Positions 1 to 9,381 are shown, numbered from the stretch's first letter. The stretch: DNA of 27,897 nt from Bacteroidales bacterium (GCA_046485255.1 JAWOHI010000335.1:1-27897); one strand, 5' to 3'. The notes: a model not told the origin generated them from the sequence alone. Numbers and translations are program-made.

Positions 1-2
1 GC

Positions 3-1163
3 CTGGCGCCCGCGGGCGATGGTATCCGCCTGATCAGGCATACTCCCGCGCTGTGGATCAGGAAGGCCGACCGGCTGTATGACGCTATTCTGATTCAGCT
101 GCCCGGGCCACAAAACCTCCACCTGAACCGCTTCTATTCTGCCGAATTCTTCGGCAGGCTTCGAAAAGTGCTGGCTGAGGGCGGGGTGGTCACAGCGGTA
201 CTGCCGGGCACGGCCAATTATGTCTCGGATGAGGCGGCCGGCGTGCTGGGGCCGGTGCGACAAGCTGGGCTGGAATCCTTTCAACACGCCCTGCTGCTGC
301 CAGGGGAAAACAGTTATCTGCTCCTGTCGGATTCGATGCCGGAATTGGATTTTTTAACACGGATCGAGGAGCTGGGGATTGAGAACCTGTATGTTAACAA
401 AGGCTACTTTGACGAGCGGCTCTTCAAGGCCCGGACGGAACTGGTCAACCAGGAGATTGCCGCTCCCACCCGCCCCAATACCGTGCTCCACCCGGTAGCC
501 AGTCTGAGCCAGGTTGCCTGGTGGCTTGGACACTTTCCCAGCAGGGCCCTCCTGCCCGTCCTGATCCTCACCGCCCTGATCATCCTGGCAGGGCTCTGGT
601 CGGGGCACGGCGGACTGGCGGGCATCTTTATCCTGGGGGCGGCGGCCTCCGGATCTGAGATTCTACTCCTGTTCCTGCTCCAGTCGTTGGCTGGGGCCCT
701 TTATCAGCTATCGGGACTGTTCCTGGGCATCTTCATGGCCGGGTTGGCCGCGGGGAGCCTCCTTTATCACAAGCTGCCCGGACAGGGCGACCGTGCCCGC
801 ATCCACCTCGCCCTCCTGCTTTTCCTGTTCTCTTCAGGGGCCTTGCTGCTGCTCCTTCCCTGGCTTTCTGGTCACGGGGGATCAACTTTCGGACCGATCC
901 TGATGCTTCTGGTCACGGGATTCATCCTGGCTGCCGCCACGGGGATCTTTTTTGCAGGCCTGAGCATTGAAATGAAAAACCTCACTATCAAGCAGAACCG
1001 ATTATATGGATACGATTTATTAGGTGCCGGGGCAGGAGCCATCCTGTTCCCCCTGGTGATCATTCCGCTGGCAGGTATGTTGTTTAGCGCCTTTGTCATA
1101 ACTTTATCGGGTGTGGCGGTATGGGTTATCCTGATATTAGCCGCCCGATCGAAGCGAGCCTGA
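3..1163 (+). CDS. Spermidine-synthase-like SAM-dependent domain fused to a multi-TM membrane domain (5'-partial; gene starts upstream of window)
   Basis: Frame is open from position 3, before the ORF-track GTG at 168. It reads ...LYDAILIQLPGPQNLHLNRFYSAEFFGRLRKVLAEGG, matching the spermidine-synthase D-x-I-x-x-D-x-x-x-P...FY-x-x-EF...L-x-x-GG region. The hydrophobic C-terminus has GAAASGSEILLLFLLQSLAGALY and LYGYDLLGAGAG, typical of fused MFS/spermidine synthase proteins. Confidence 0.75.
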   Translation: MAPAGDGIRLIRHTPALWIRKADRLYDAILIQLPGPQNLHLNRFYSAEFFGRLRKVLAEGGVVTAVLPGTANYVSDEAAGVLGPVRQAGLESFQHALLLPGENSYLLLSDSMPELDFLTRIEELGIENLYVNKGYFDERLFKARTELVNQEIAAPTRPNTVLHPVASLSQVAWWLGHFPSRALLPVLILTALIILAGLWSGHGGLAGIFILGAAASGSEILLLFLLQSLAGALYQLSGLFLGIFMAGLAAGSLLYHKLPGQGDRARIHLALLLFLFSSGALLLLLPWLSGHGGSTFGPILMLLVTGFILAAATGIFFAGLSIEMKNLTIKQNRLYGYDLLGAGAGAILFPLVIIPLAGMLFSAFVITLSGVAVWVILILAARSKRA

Positions 1164-2290
1164 TGGATAAAAGAGGTTTTATCAAATATGCTCTTCTGGC
1201 AGGTGGGTACACCTGTCTGAATGCCTGGGACACCTTAAAACCCGAAAACCTGACTGTTATGGATCCTCAAAGTATCAATCCGGGAGAAAGGGAAGCCAGC
1301 AATTACAGCGTGACTCCCCGCGGCGTCAAATGTCTGATATGCCCCAACGAATGCACCCTCAAGGATGGCGAGCTCAGCGACTGCAGGAACAGGATCGCCC
1401 GCAACGGCATCCTTTACACTATGGCCTATGGCAACCCCTGTGCCGTGCATATCGACCCGGTCGAAAAGAAACCACTCCTGCATTTCCATCCGTCGTCGAT
1501 GACCTTCAGCATCGCCACGGCGGGATGTAATTTCGCCTGCCTGAACTGCCAGAACTGGGAGATCAGCCAGGCAAGCCCCACCCAGACCAGGAATCAGTCA
1601 GCCTCACCGGAGGCTGTGGTGGCCAGCGCCCTGCGCAACGAATGCGAGTCGGTGGCCTACACCTATACCGAGCCCATCACCTTTTACGAGTATATGCTCG
1701 ATACGGCCAGGATTGCCAGGGCGCAGGGGCTTAAAAACATTATGGTATCAAACGGCTACATCAACCGTAAACCGCTCCTTGAGCTCTGCAAGGTACTTGA
1801 TGCGGCCAACATCGACCTGAAGACATTCGACGCGGATGTCCACCTCAAGCTCACCGGCGGCAAGCTGGAGCCCATCCTGGATACGCTCCGGACCCTCAGG
1901 GATGAGGGGGTCTGGCTGGAGATCACCAACCTGATCATCCCGAGCTGGACCGACAATCTTGATCAGCTCGCACGGATGTGTGACTGGCTGGCGAAGGAGG
2001 GATTCACCGATTATCCGCTGCATTTCAGCCGGTTCCATCCCCAGCACAAGCTCACCCGCCTGCCGGCCACGCCCTTACAGGCCTTGACCAGGGCTAAAGA
2101 AATCGCCGTCAAGGCCGGCCTGAACTATGTCTATATCGGCAATGTGCCGGGCATCGGCGGGGAGGACACCTATTGCCCCTCTTGTAAAACACTGCTGATC
2201 AAGCGGGTCGGGTTTGCCATCCAGGCCAATCAGCTAAAGGATGGACACTGCCCCTCCTGCGGCCATCCAATAGCCGGCCGGTGGAGTTAG
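1163..2290 (+). CDS. amrS: AmmeMemoRadiSam system radical SAM enzyme (PflA-like), 375 aa
   Basis: CLICPNEC N-terminal cluster, AVHIDPVEKKPLLHFHP, radical SAM GCNFACLNCQNWEISQ (CxxxCxxC), AYTYTEP, LHFSRFHP, YVYIGNV and C-terminal CPSC...CPSCG. ATG 1163 overlaps the upstream stop (TGATG) and is preferred over the ORF-track start at 1121. Confidence 0.9.
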   Translation: MDKRGFIKYALLAGGYTCLNAWDTLKPENLTVMDPQSINPGEREASNYSVTPRGVKCLICPNECTLKDGELSDCRNRIARNGILYTMAYGNPCAVHIDPVEKKPLLHFHPSSMTFSIATAGCNFACLNCQNWEISQASPTQTRNQSASPEAVVASALRNECESVAYTYTEPITFYEYMLDTARIARAQGLKNIMVSNGYINRKPLLELCKVLDAANIDLKTFDADVHLKLTGGKLEPILDTLRTLRDEGVWLEITNLIIPSWTDNLDQLARMCDWLAKEGFTDYPLHFSRFHPQHKLTRLPATPLQALTRAKEIAVKAGLNYVYIGNVPGIGGEDTYCPSCKTLLIKRVGFAIQANQLKDGHCPSCGHPIAGRWS

Positions 2291-2329
2291 CAGTCTCTAA
2301 TCCAATGATTTTCCGGGCTTTTGGCAAAA

Positions 2330-2343
2330 TTGATTTTCATCAG
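2330..2343. promoter_or_regulatory. FNR/Crp-family-like box upstream of nuoA
   Basis: TTGAT-TTTC-ATCAG is a 9/10 match to the FNR consensus TTGAT-N4-ATCAA, in the AT-rich intergenic region about 110 bp before the nuoA ATG. Confidence 0.4.
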
Positions 2344-2429
2344 TGATTTTATGATATATGTCATTATTATCGTGATATATTATAGCATCATACTTACCTA
2401 TCTGCACAATTAGATCTATTGAAAAGGGG

Positions 2430-2437
2430 TACTTTTG
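2430..2437 (+). promoter_or_regulatory. Bacteroidota sigma70 -7 promoter element for the nuo operon
   Basis: TACTTTTG is a perfect TAnnTTTG, ending 19 nt before the nuoA ATG (2457). No clear -33 TTTG at canonical spacing. Confidence 0.6.
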
Positions 2438-2456
2438 GCGGCATAATTTCCACGCC

Positions 2457-2810
2457 ATGAGCAGCGAATCCCTGGTTCTCTTCTTCATTGTGGGTGTGGT
2501 CCTGGTTGGAGGAGCCGTTCTTTTCTCCACCTTCGCCGCCCCGCGGGTCACCAAGACGCCGGTCAAATTCGAACCCTATGAATGCGGCATCCCCGCGCAG
2601 GGGAAAGCTTGGATCCAATTTAACGTCGGGTATTACCTTTTCGCGATCATCTATCTGATCTTCGCGGTGGAGACCGTTTTCGTGTTTCCCTGGGGAGTGG
2701 TGATGCGCGAGGTGGGGCTCCGTGCTTTCGTCGAGATCGCGATCTTTTTCACGGTCCTTGGCCTGGGACTTCTTTATGCCTGGAATAAAGATGCATTGAA
2801 ATGGCAATAA
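2457..2810 (+). CDS. nuoA: NADH-quinone oxidoreductase subunit A
   Basis: 117 aa, 3 TM segments, KFEPYECG loop, [25 protein letters not shown], terminal ALKWQ. Confidence 0.96.
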   Translation: MSSESLVLFFIVGVVLVGGAVLFSTFAAPRVTKTPVKFEPYECGIPAQGKAWIQFNVGYYLFAIIYLIFAVETVFVFPWGVVMREVGLRAFVEIAIFFTVLGLGLLYAWNKDALKWQ

Positions 2811-3361
2811 AAATCAAATCGATGAAATATGAAGATTTCAAGGACAATGAAACCCTTGAGATCTTCAAGGAATCGGGAGGAAACATTCTCCTGACCACAA
2901 TTGATGACGTAATCAACTGGGGCCGTGCCAATTCGGTATGGCCCCTTACTTTTGCAACCAGTTGCTGCGGCATCGAGATGATGGCAGCCGGAGCCCCCCG
3001 CCACGACTTTTCCCGGTTTGGGATGGAGGTGTACCGGGCCACCCCGCGGCAAGCCGATATGATCGTGGTAGCCGGCACCATCGTCCACAAGATGGCCCCG
3101 GTGCTCAAAAGGCTCTACGACCAGATGGCCGACCCCAAGTATGTGGTGGCGATGGGTGCCTGCGCCTGCTCCGGCGGACCTTTCTATTACAATTCTTACT
3201 CCGTCGTCCGGGGGGTTGATCACGTCATCCCGGTCGACGTGTACGTGCCGGGCTGCCCGCCGCGCCCCGAGGCGCTCCTTTACGGCGTCCTCCAGCTTCA
3301 GCGCAAGATGAAGGCCGAGTCGCTGAAAAATGCCCGCAACCCAATGGAGAACTTCATTTAA
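2801..3361 (+). CDS. nuoB: NADH-quinone oxidoreductase subunit B (N2 cluster)
   Basis: [48 protein letters not shown]. Confidence 0.97.
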   Translation: MAIKIKSMKYEDFKDNETLEIFKESGGNILLTTIDDVINWGRANSVWPLTFATSCCGIEMMAAGAPRHDFSRFGMEVYRATPRQADMIVVAGTIVHKMAPVLKRLYDQMADPKYVVAMGACACSGGPFYYNSYSVVRGVDHVIPVDVYVPGCPPRPEALLYGVLQLQRKMKAESLKNARNPMENFI

Positions 3362-3368
3362 TGCCACG

Positions 3369-3824
3369 ATGGACCAAGAACAACTGAACCAGGCCCTATC
3401 CGGGATGTTCCCGGCCTGCGAAATCACTATTTCAACGGAGGAGACCACCATCAAAGTCAATCCGGAATCCTGGCACGTGGTGGCCCAGCGGCTTCGCAAC
3501 GACGAGCAATTGCAGTTCGACTACCTCCATAACCTGTATGCCATTGATTGGCAGACGCATTTCACGGTTGTGTGCCATTTGGAGTCCACCATTTTCCGCC
3601 ATCAGGTCACGCTCCGGACCGACCTGCCCGAACACGACCAGGCTGCGGCAGACACCCTCAGCGACATTTGGATCACGGCCGAATACCAGGAGCGGGAGGT
3701 TTACGACCTGATGGGGATCCGTTTCAACAACCATCCCGATCCCCGCAGGCTGTTCCTTGATGAGGGTTGGGGATTCCCGCTGCGAAAAGATTACCAGGAC
3801 GAAATTAACTTCATAGAACGCTGA
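3369..3824 (+). CDS. nuoC: NADH-quinone oxidoreductase subunit C (stand-alone, not fused to D)
   Basis: FDYLHNLYAIDW and AEYQEREVYDLMGIRFNNHPDPRRLFLDEGWGFPLRKD. ATG 3369, just after the nuoB stop, is preferred over 3330. Confidence 0.93.
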   Translation: MDQEQLNQALSGMFPACEITISTEETTIKVNPESWHVVAQRLRNDEQLQFDYLHNLYAIDWQTHFTVVCHLESTIFRHQVTLRTDLPEHDQAAADTLSDIWITAEYQEREVYDLMGIRFNNHPDPRRLFLDEGWGFPLRKDYQDEINFIER

Positions 3825-3828
3825 CCCA

Positions 3829-4959
3829 ATGCAGGAAGTTGAATTACAAGATATTCTGACAGCCCAGGAGGACGGCGAGTACATCATCAACATCGGTCCC
3901 CAGCACCCCTCTACCCACGGGGTCCTGCGGTTTGTCGTTTCACTGAAAGGCGAAACACTGGAGTATGTCACTCCGCACTGCGGCTATATCCACCGCGGGA
4001 TTGAGAAGATGTGCGAGCGGCTCACCTACACCCAGATCATCCACCTGACCGATCGGATGGACTACCTGTCGGCCCATATGAATAACGAGGCCGTTTCCCT
4101 GGCTGTTGAGAAAGGCCTGGGTATCGAGGTGCCGGAACGGGTCAAGTATATCCGGACCATCCTCTCCGAACTCCAGCGACTGGCTTCGCACCAGCTCTGG
4201 TGGTCGGCCTTCGGGATGGACCTGGGAGGGCTCACCTGCTTCTTCTACGGGCTCCGCGACCGGGAAAAGATCCTCGACATCTTCGAGGAGTCGTTCGGCT
4301 CAAGGCTGCTGCACAGTTACATCTGTCCAGGCGGGCTGATGAACGACATCCACCCCAACTTTCAAAAGCGCACCAAAGAGTTCCTCGCCTACTTCCGCAG
4401 GAAGCTCCCCGAGTATGACGACCTGCTGACCGGGAACGTCATCTTTGAGCAGCGCACCAAAGGGATGGGCGCCCTTTCGAAAGAGGAGACCATCAGTTAT
4501 GGCATGACCGGCCCGAGCGGCCGCGGCTCAGGGTTCTCCTGCGACATCCGCAAGCTCCATCCCTACAGTGCCTACAACCGGGTTGATTTCAGGGAGATAC
4601 TCTACACAGAAGGCGATACCTGGGCCCGCTACAAGGTGCGGATGGATGAGATGTGGGAATCGATGAACATCATCGATCAGCTGATCGACAATATCCCGGA
4701 GGGCGATTTTACCGCCAAAATGAAGCCGGTGATCAAGCTGCCCGAAGGGGAATACTCCCAGCGGGTCGAAACGGCCCGGGGTGAACTCGGCGTCTACATC
4801 GTTTCTACCGGCGAAAAGAGCCCCTACCGGATGCACTTCCGCACGCCCAACTTCAACAACCTCTTTGTTATCAACCGGCTGGCCGCAGGGAACAAGATTG
4901 CCGACCTGATCGCCATCAGCGGATCCCTCGACCTGGTCATTCCTGATATCGACCGATAA
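3829..4959 (+). CDS. nuoD: NADH-quinone oxidoreductase subunit D
   Basis: NIGPQHPSTHGVLR, GYIHRGIEK, DRMDY, VETARGELG, terminal GSLDLVIPDIDR. No CxxC Ni-binding motifs. Confidence 0.97.
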   Translation: MQEVELQDILTAQEDGEYIINIGPQHPSTHGVLRFVVSLKGETLEYVTPHCGYIHRGIEKMCERLTYTQIIHLTDRMDYLSAHMNNEAVSLAVEKGLGIEVPERVKYIRTILSELQRLASHQLWWSAFGMDLGGLTCFFYGLRDREKILDIFEESFGSRLLHSYICPGGLMNDIHPNFQKRTKEFLAYFRRKLPEYDDLLTGNVIFEQRTKGMGALSKEETISYGMTGPSGRGSGFSCDIRKLHPYSAYNRVDFREILYTEGDTWARYKVRMDEMWESMNIIDQLIDNIPEGDFTAKMKPVIKLPEGEYSQRVETARGELGVYIVSTGEKSPYRMHFRTPNFNNLFVINRLAAGNKIADLIAISGSLDLVIPDIDR

Positions 4960-4983
4960 ACCAAACCGCATAGAACCTGGATT

Positions 4984-6075
4984 ATGCCGTTCAATATTTA
5001 CGATTTTTCCGTCACCACGAAGGCCGTCGACGAGTGGCTCCACTCGAAGATGTCGCCCACCTGGGCGATGATCACCGAGATGGCCATAGTAGGGATACTG
5101 ATCCTGATCGTGTATGCCATCATCGGCTTGTACCTGGTGTATGCCGAGCGCAAGGTTTGCGCATTCATGCAGAACCGCGTGGGCCCCAACCGGGTCGGCA
5201 AGTGGGGTCTCTTTCAGACCATTGCCGACCTGATCAAGCTGTTGATGAAGGAGCTGATCCCGGTCAGGCGAGCCGACAAGCTCCTGTTCAACGTGGCCCC
5301 ATTCATCGTGATCATCGCCTCTTTTATGGCCATTGCGGCCATTCCATTCGCCAAGGGGCTGCACGCCGTCGATTTCAACATCGGAGTCTTTTATATGATG
5401 GCCGTCTCCTCGATCGGGGTAGTTGGCATTCTCCTGGCCGGATGGTCGAGCAACAGCAAGTACTCGCTGATCGGGGCGATGCGGAGCGGTGCCCAGGTGG
5501 TCAGCTATGAGTTGTCGGTGGGATTGGCCCTGCTGTCGATCGTGATCTTCAGTGGATCGATGCAGCTCTCCACGATCATTGAGAGCCAGGCCAACGGTTG
5601 GTGGATATTCAAGGGGCACATCCCCGCGATGATCGCTTTTGTACTGTTCCTGGTGGCCAGCACCGCTGAGATCAACCGCGGGCCATTCGACCTGGCGGAA
5701 GCTGAATCGGAGCTGACGGCCGGCTTCCACACCGAGTATTCCGGCATCCGGTTCGCCTTTTTCTTTCTGGGCGAATACATGAATATGTTCATCGTGGCTG
5801 CCCTGGCCGCCACCGTGTTCCTGGGCGGATGGATGCCGCTGCACATCGGAAACCTCGAAGCATTTAACCGGGTGATGGATTACATACCGCCGGTGGTCTG
5901 GTTCTTCGGAAAAACCATCTTCGTGATCTACCTCATAATGTGGTTTAAATGGACCTTCCCAAGGCTCCGCATCGACCAGCTGCTGACCCTGGAGTGGAAG
6001 TACCTGCTTCCGATCAACCTGGTCAATATCCTGCTGATTGCCTTCCTCGTGCTGATGGGCTGGTATATTAAATAA
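4984..6075 (+). CDS. nuoH: NADH-quinone oxidoreductase subunit H
   Basis: [75 protein letters not shown]. Confidence 0.97.
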   Translation: MPFNIYDFSVTTKAVDEWLHSKMSPTWAMITEMAIVGILILIVYAIIGLYLVYAERKVCAFMQNRVGPNRVGKWGLFQTIADLIKLLMKELIPVRRADKLLFNVAPFIVIIASFMAIAAIPFAKGLHAVDFNIGVFYMMAVSSIGVVGILLAGWSSNSKYSLIGAMRSGAQVVSYELSVGLALLSIVIFSGSMQLSTIIESQANGWWIFKGHIPAMIAFVLFLVASTAEINRGPFDLAEAESELTAGFHTEYSGIRFAFFFLGEYMNMFIVAALAATVFLGGWMPLHIGNLEAFNRVMDYIPPVVWFFGKTIFVIYLIMWFKWTFPRLRIDQLLTLEWKYLLPINLVNILLIAFLVLMGWYIK

Positions 6076-6608
6076 TGACTATGAGCGCAACGACCAACTA
6101 TTTCACCGATATGTTCAGGGGGATACGCTCCCTCTGGAAAGGGCTGATGGTGACCGGGTACTATTTTGTTCATCCCAGGCAGATCGTAACCCAGCAATAT
6201 CCCGAGAACCGGAAAACCCTGGAGATGTTCGAGCGGTTCAAGGGGGAGGTCATCCTCAAGCACGATGAGAACAACCTCCATCGTTGCAACGGCTGCGGGA
6301 TCTGCCAGCTGAATTGCCCCAACGGCTCGATCGAGATCATCACCGATACCGAGCTGAATGAGGACGGCAAGTCGGAACGGATCATCGACAAGCACATCTA
6401 CCACCTCTCGATGTGCACCTTCTGCGGACTCTGCGTTAAAACCTGCCCGAGCAACGCCCTTGCCTTTTCCCAGGAGTTTGAGCACGCTGTTTTCAACCGA
6501 TCCAAGCTGACCAAGGTGCTCAACCAGCCCGGATCGAAGATCAAGAAGGAGCCAAAAGCGCCCAAGGCGCCGAAGCCCGCCGAACCTGTCACGTCGAACA
6601 AAGAATAA
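6075..6608 (+). CDS. nuoI: NADH-quinone oxidoreductase subunit I (2x[4Fe-4S])
   Basis: TQQYPE, CNGCGICQLNCP and CTFCGLCVKTCP. Start overlaps the nuoH stop (TAATG); 6081 is an alternative start. Confidence 0.95.
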   Translation: MTMSATTNYFTDMFRGIRSLWKGLMVTGYYFVHPRQIVTQQYPENRKTLEMFERFKGEVILKHDENNLHRCNGCGICQLNCPNGSIEIITDTELNEDGKSERIIDKHIYHLSMCTFCGLCVKTCPSNALAFSQEFEHAVFNRSKLTKVLNQPGSKIKKEPKAPKAPKPAEPVTSNKE

Positions 6609-6618
6609 CCATCCAGAT

Positions 6619-7125
6619 ATGCCACTCAACGTATTGATGTTCTATCTGTTATCAGCCGTCATCGTCGCCTGCTCGGTGCTCACCATCACCAGCAGGAGGA
6701 TCCTGAGATCGGCTTTCTACCTGCTGTGCGTCCTGGTGGCCACTGCCGGATTCTATTTTATGATGGATTACCAGTTTCTGGCTGGGGTCCAGCTGATCCT
6801 CTACGCCGGGGGCATCGTGGTGCTGATCATCTTTTCCATCCTGCTGACCAGCCACATCAGCATCAAGTTTGCCAATCCGGAGGCCGGAAGGCTGGTGATG
6901 GGGATCCTCACGGGGGTGACCGGCTTTGTCCTCTCCACTGTCGCCATCCTCAAGTTCGCGTTCACCCCTTCATCGGGGGCCCCGTTGACAGTGGATATGC
7001 ACGTGATCGGCAACCAGTTGCTCGAAACCGGGAAAAACGGGTACGCCCTGCCGTTCGAACTGATCAGCGTCCTGTTGCTGGCAGCGATGATCGGGGCCAT
7101 CATCATAGCAAAGAAAGGGAGGTAA
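6619..7125 (+). CDS. nuoJ: NADH-quinone oxidoreductase subunit J
   Basis: 5 TM, FLAGVQLILYAGGIVVLIIFSILLT, YALPFELISVLLLAAMIGAIII. Confidence 0.95.
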   Translation: MPLNVLMFYLLSAVIVACSVLTITSRRILRSAFYLLCVLVATAGFYFMMDYQFLAGVQLILYAGGIVVLIIFSILLTSHISIKFANPEAGRLVMGILTGVTGFVLSTVAILKFAFTPSSGAPLTVDMHVIGNQLLETGKNGYALPFELISVLLLAAMIGAIIIAKKGR

Positions 7126-7131
7126 GAAATG
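7118..7131 (+). promoter_or_regulatory. Shine-Dalgarno-like element GGAGGT at the nuoJ/nuoK junction
   Basis: GGAGGTAAGAAATG spans the nuoJ stop (TAA 7123-7125) and the nuoK ATG (7129). The identical 14-mer occurs at the dmsB/dmsC junction (22952-22965). Confidence 0.55.
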
Positions 7132-7446
7132 TTAGAAGGAATTCCGATGACCCACGTCCTGATCGTCAGCGCCTTTATGTTTTTTGCTGGCATCTGCGGC
7201 TTTATCATCAGGCGTAACCTGATCACGATCCTGATGGCGATCGAGCTGATCCTGAATGCAGTAACAATCAACCTGGTGGTTTTCAACAAGTACCTTTTCC
7301 CTGACCAGCTCCAGGGGCACTTTTTCGCCCTTTTCGTGGTGGGTATCGCGGCAGCGGAGGCAGCGGTGGCCATCGCCCTGATAATCAACATTTACCGTCG
7401 CCTGACAAGCATCAATGCCGACGAGGTGAGCGAAATGAAATACTAA
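7129..7446 (+). CDS. nuoK: NADH-quinone oxidoreductase subunit K
   Basis: 105 aa, RRNLITILMAIELILNAVTINLV, FVVGIAAAEAAVAIALIINIYR. Confidence 0.96.
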   Translation: MLEGIPMTHVLIVSAFMFFAGICGFIIRRNLITILMAIELILNAVTINLVVFNKYLFPDQLQGHFFALFVVGIAAAEAAVAIALIINIYRRLTSINADEVSEMKY

Positions 7447-7464
7447 TCAACAGCACAGGCTTCA

Positions 7465-9381
7465 ATGAACTACTCGTTAACCCTTCTGATCATCCTGATC
7501 CCCGTGGCAACCTTCCTGTTGCTGGGGCTCACCGGTCACAAGATGAAACCGGTCATTGCCGGCCTTACCGGCACTGTCGGACTGGGGATCGTCGCCATCC
7601 TATCCTATTATACCGCCATTCAATACTTTTTCATCGACGGCACGGTGGATGGTGTCTATCCTAAGATAACCGCCTTTCCGATGGACTGGCTTCAACTGAC
7701 CGACTGGCTCACCATCCGGATGGGGATCCTGCTCGATCCGATCTCGGTGATGATGCTGGTGGTGGTTTCAACGGTCTCCTTTATGGTTCACTGGTACAGC
7801 CTGGGCTATATGAAAGGGGAAAAGGGTTTCCAGCGTTTCTACGCTTTTTTGTCGCTCTTTTCTTTCTCGATGCTCGGACTGGTGGTGGCCACCAACATCT
7901 TCCAGATGTATGTTTTCTGGGAACTGGTGGGGGTATCGTCTTTCCTGCTGATCGGGTACTATTACCAGAAACCGACGGCTGTGGCGGCCTCCAAGAAGGC
8001 GTTTATCGTGACGCGGTTTGCCGACCTCGGCTTCCTGATCGGTATCCTGCTGCTCTCCTATTTTACCAAGACATTTGATTTTTCAGTTCTTACGGGAGCC
8101 GACCAGTCGGTTTTCCGCGAAGCGGCCGCCACCTCGTTCCTGGGCTTGTCGGTGATGACGTGGGCTACCCTTTTGATCTTTATGGGGGGAGCCGGCAAAT
8201 CGGCTATGTTCCCCTTCCACATCTGGCTTCCCGACGCGATGGAGGGCCCCACCCCGGTGTCGGCCCTGATCCACGCGGCCACGATGGTGGTAGCCGGCGT
8301 TTTTCTGGTGGCCAGGATGTTCCCGGTTTACTATTTCCAGGCACCCGGCACGCTGGAGGTGATCGCCTATATCGGAGGCTTCACCTCGCTGTTCGCCGCC
8401 ATCATCGCCTGCACGCAGTTCGACATCAAGCGGGTGCTGGCCTTCTCCACCCTCTCCCAGATCGGCTATATGATGCTGGCCCTGGGGGTCTCGGGCTATG
8501 GTGGCCACCACGGAGTCGGATATATGGCCTCGATGTTCCACCTGTTCACCCACGCGATGTTCAAGGCCCTGCTCTTCCTGGGCGCCGGAGCTATCATTCA
8601 CGCCGTCCACAGCAACGTGATCCAGGATATGGGTGGCTTGCGCAAGTACCTGCCCATCACGCATATCACCTTTCTGATCGCCTGCCTAACCATAGCAGGG
8701 ATGCCGTTCCTCTCCGGATTTTTCAGCAAGGATGAGATCCTGGTTGCCGCCTATGAGCACAACAAGTTCCTGTTCGCAATCGAGTTCCTGGTGGCCGGAA
8801 TCACCGCCTTCTATATGTTCCGCCTCTATTTCAACATCTTCTGGGGTAAGGATACGCACTACCACCACACCCCGCACGAGGCCCCCCTCAGTATGACCAT
8901 CCCACTGATGGTGCTGGCGTTCGGCTCGATTTTCGCCGGGTACCTCCCCTTTACCCGGATGGTCACCTCAGACGGGATGCCGTTCGAGGCCCATATGAAC
9001 TTCGGTATCGCCATACCATCCGTCCTGATCGGGCTAACCGGAATCGGGATCGCCTGGGTTCTCTACCGCAAGCCTAATAACCTTCCTGACCGGATTGCAC
9101 GGGGTTTTGGACGGTTCTATCAGGTGGCTTACAATAAGTTCTATATCGACGAAGTCTACCTGTTCATCACCAAGAAAATCATTTTCAACCTGATATCCCG
9201 TCCGGTCGCTTGGTTCGACCGCCATATCGTGGATGGCACGATGAATGGCATAGGCTGGCTTACCGTCACCAGCGCCCGGAAGATCAGGAAACTGCAATCC
9301 GGTAACATTTCGCAATACGGGCTGGTGTTCGCGCTGGCGGCGATCGTCTTCGTGCTTGTTTTTGCTTATCTGGCAGCCTGA
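7465..9381 (+). CDS. nuoL: NADH-quinone oxidoreductase subunit L
   Basis: FWELVGVSSFLLIGY, KAFIVTRFAD, GKSAMFPFHIWLPDAMEGPTPVSALIHAATMV, KRVLAFSTLSQIGYM, HAMFKALLFLGAG, lateral-helix region NKFYIDEVY. Confidence 0.97.
   Translation: MNYSLTLLIILIPVATFLLLGLTGHKMKPVIAGLTGTVGLGIVAILSYYTAIQYFFIDGTVDGVYPKITAFPMDWLQLTDWLTIRMGILLDPISVMMLVVVSTVSFMVHWYSLGYMKGEKGFQRFYAFLSLFSFSMLGLVVATNIFQMYVFWELVGVSSFLLIGYYYQKPTAVAASKKAFIVTRFADLGFLIGILLLSYFTKTFDFSVLTGADQSVFREAAATSFLGLSVMTWATLLIFMGGAGKSAMFPFHIWLPDAMEGPTPVSALIHAATMVVAGVFLVARMFPVYYFQAPGTLEVIAYIGGFTSLFAAIIACTQFDIKRVLAFSTLSQIGYMMLALGVSGYGGHHGVGYMASMFHLFTHAMFKALLFLGAGAIIHAVHSNVIQDMGGLRKYLPITHITFLIACLTIAGMPFLSGFFSKDEILVAAYEHNKFLFAIEFLVAGITAFYMFRLYFNIFWGKDTHYHHTPHEAPLSMTIPLMVLAFGSIFAGYLPFTRMVTSDGMPFEAHMNFGIAIPSVLIGLTGIGIAWVLYRKPNNLPDRIARGFGRFYQVAYNKFYIDEVYLFITKKIIFNLISRPVAWFDRHIVDGTMNGIGWLTVTSARKIRKLQSGNISQYGLVFALAAIVFVLVFAYLAA

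Noticed and set aside
2350-2365. Rex/CRP-type operator TATGA-N6-TCATT
   Set aside because: Three mismatches to TGTGA-N6-TCACA in a very AT-rich tract; not distinguishable from background.
2297-2566. 89-aa minus-strand ORF spanning the nuo promoter
   Set aside because: It overlaps nuoA antisense and the promoter, has no motif, and its composition switches with the underlying regions.
3829-4959. Possible group 4 [NiFe]-hydrogenase (Ech/Hyf/Mbh) or Mbx/Mbs large subunit
   Set aside because: No N- or C-terminal CxxC Ni ligands. It has the NuoD HPSTHGVLR, DRMDY and terminal DIDR signatures, and the full nuoAJK set is present.
4528-5844. 438-aa minus-strand ORF, plus similar long antisense or alternate-frame ORFs (2774-3499, 15213-16133, 15998-17035, 19942-20868 and others)
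   Set aside because: They lie opposite or within well-supported genes, have no recognisable motifs, and are expected shadows of GC-rich codon usage.
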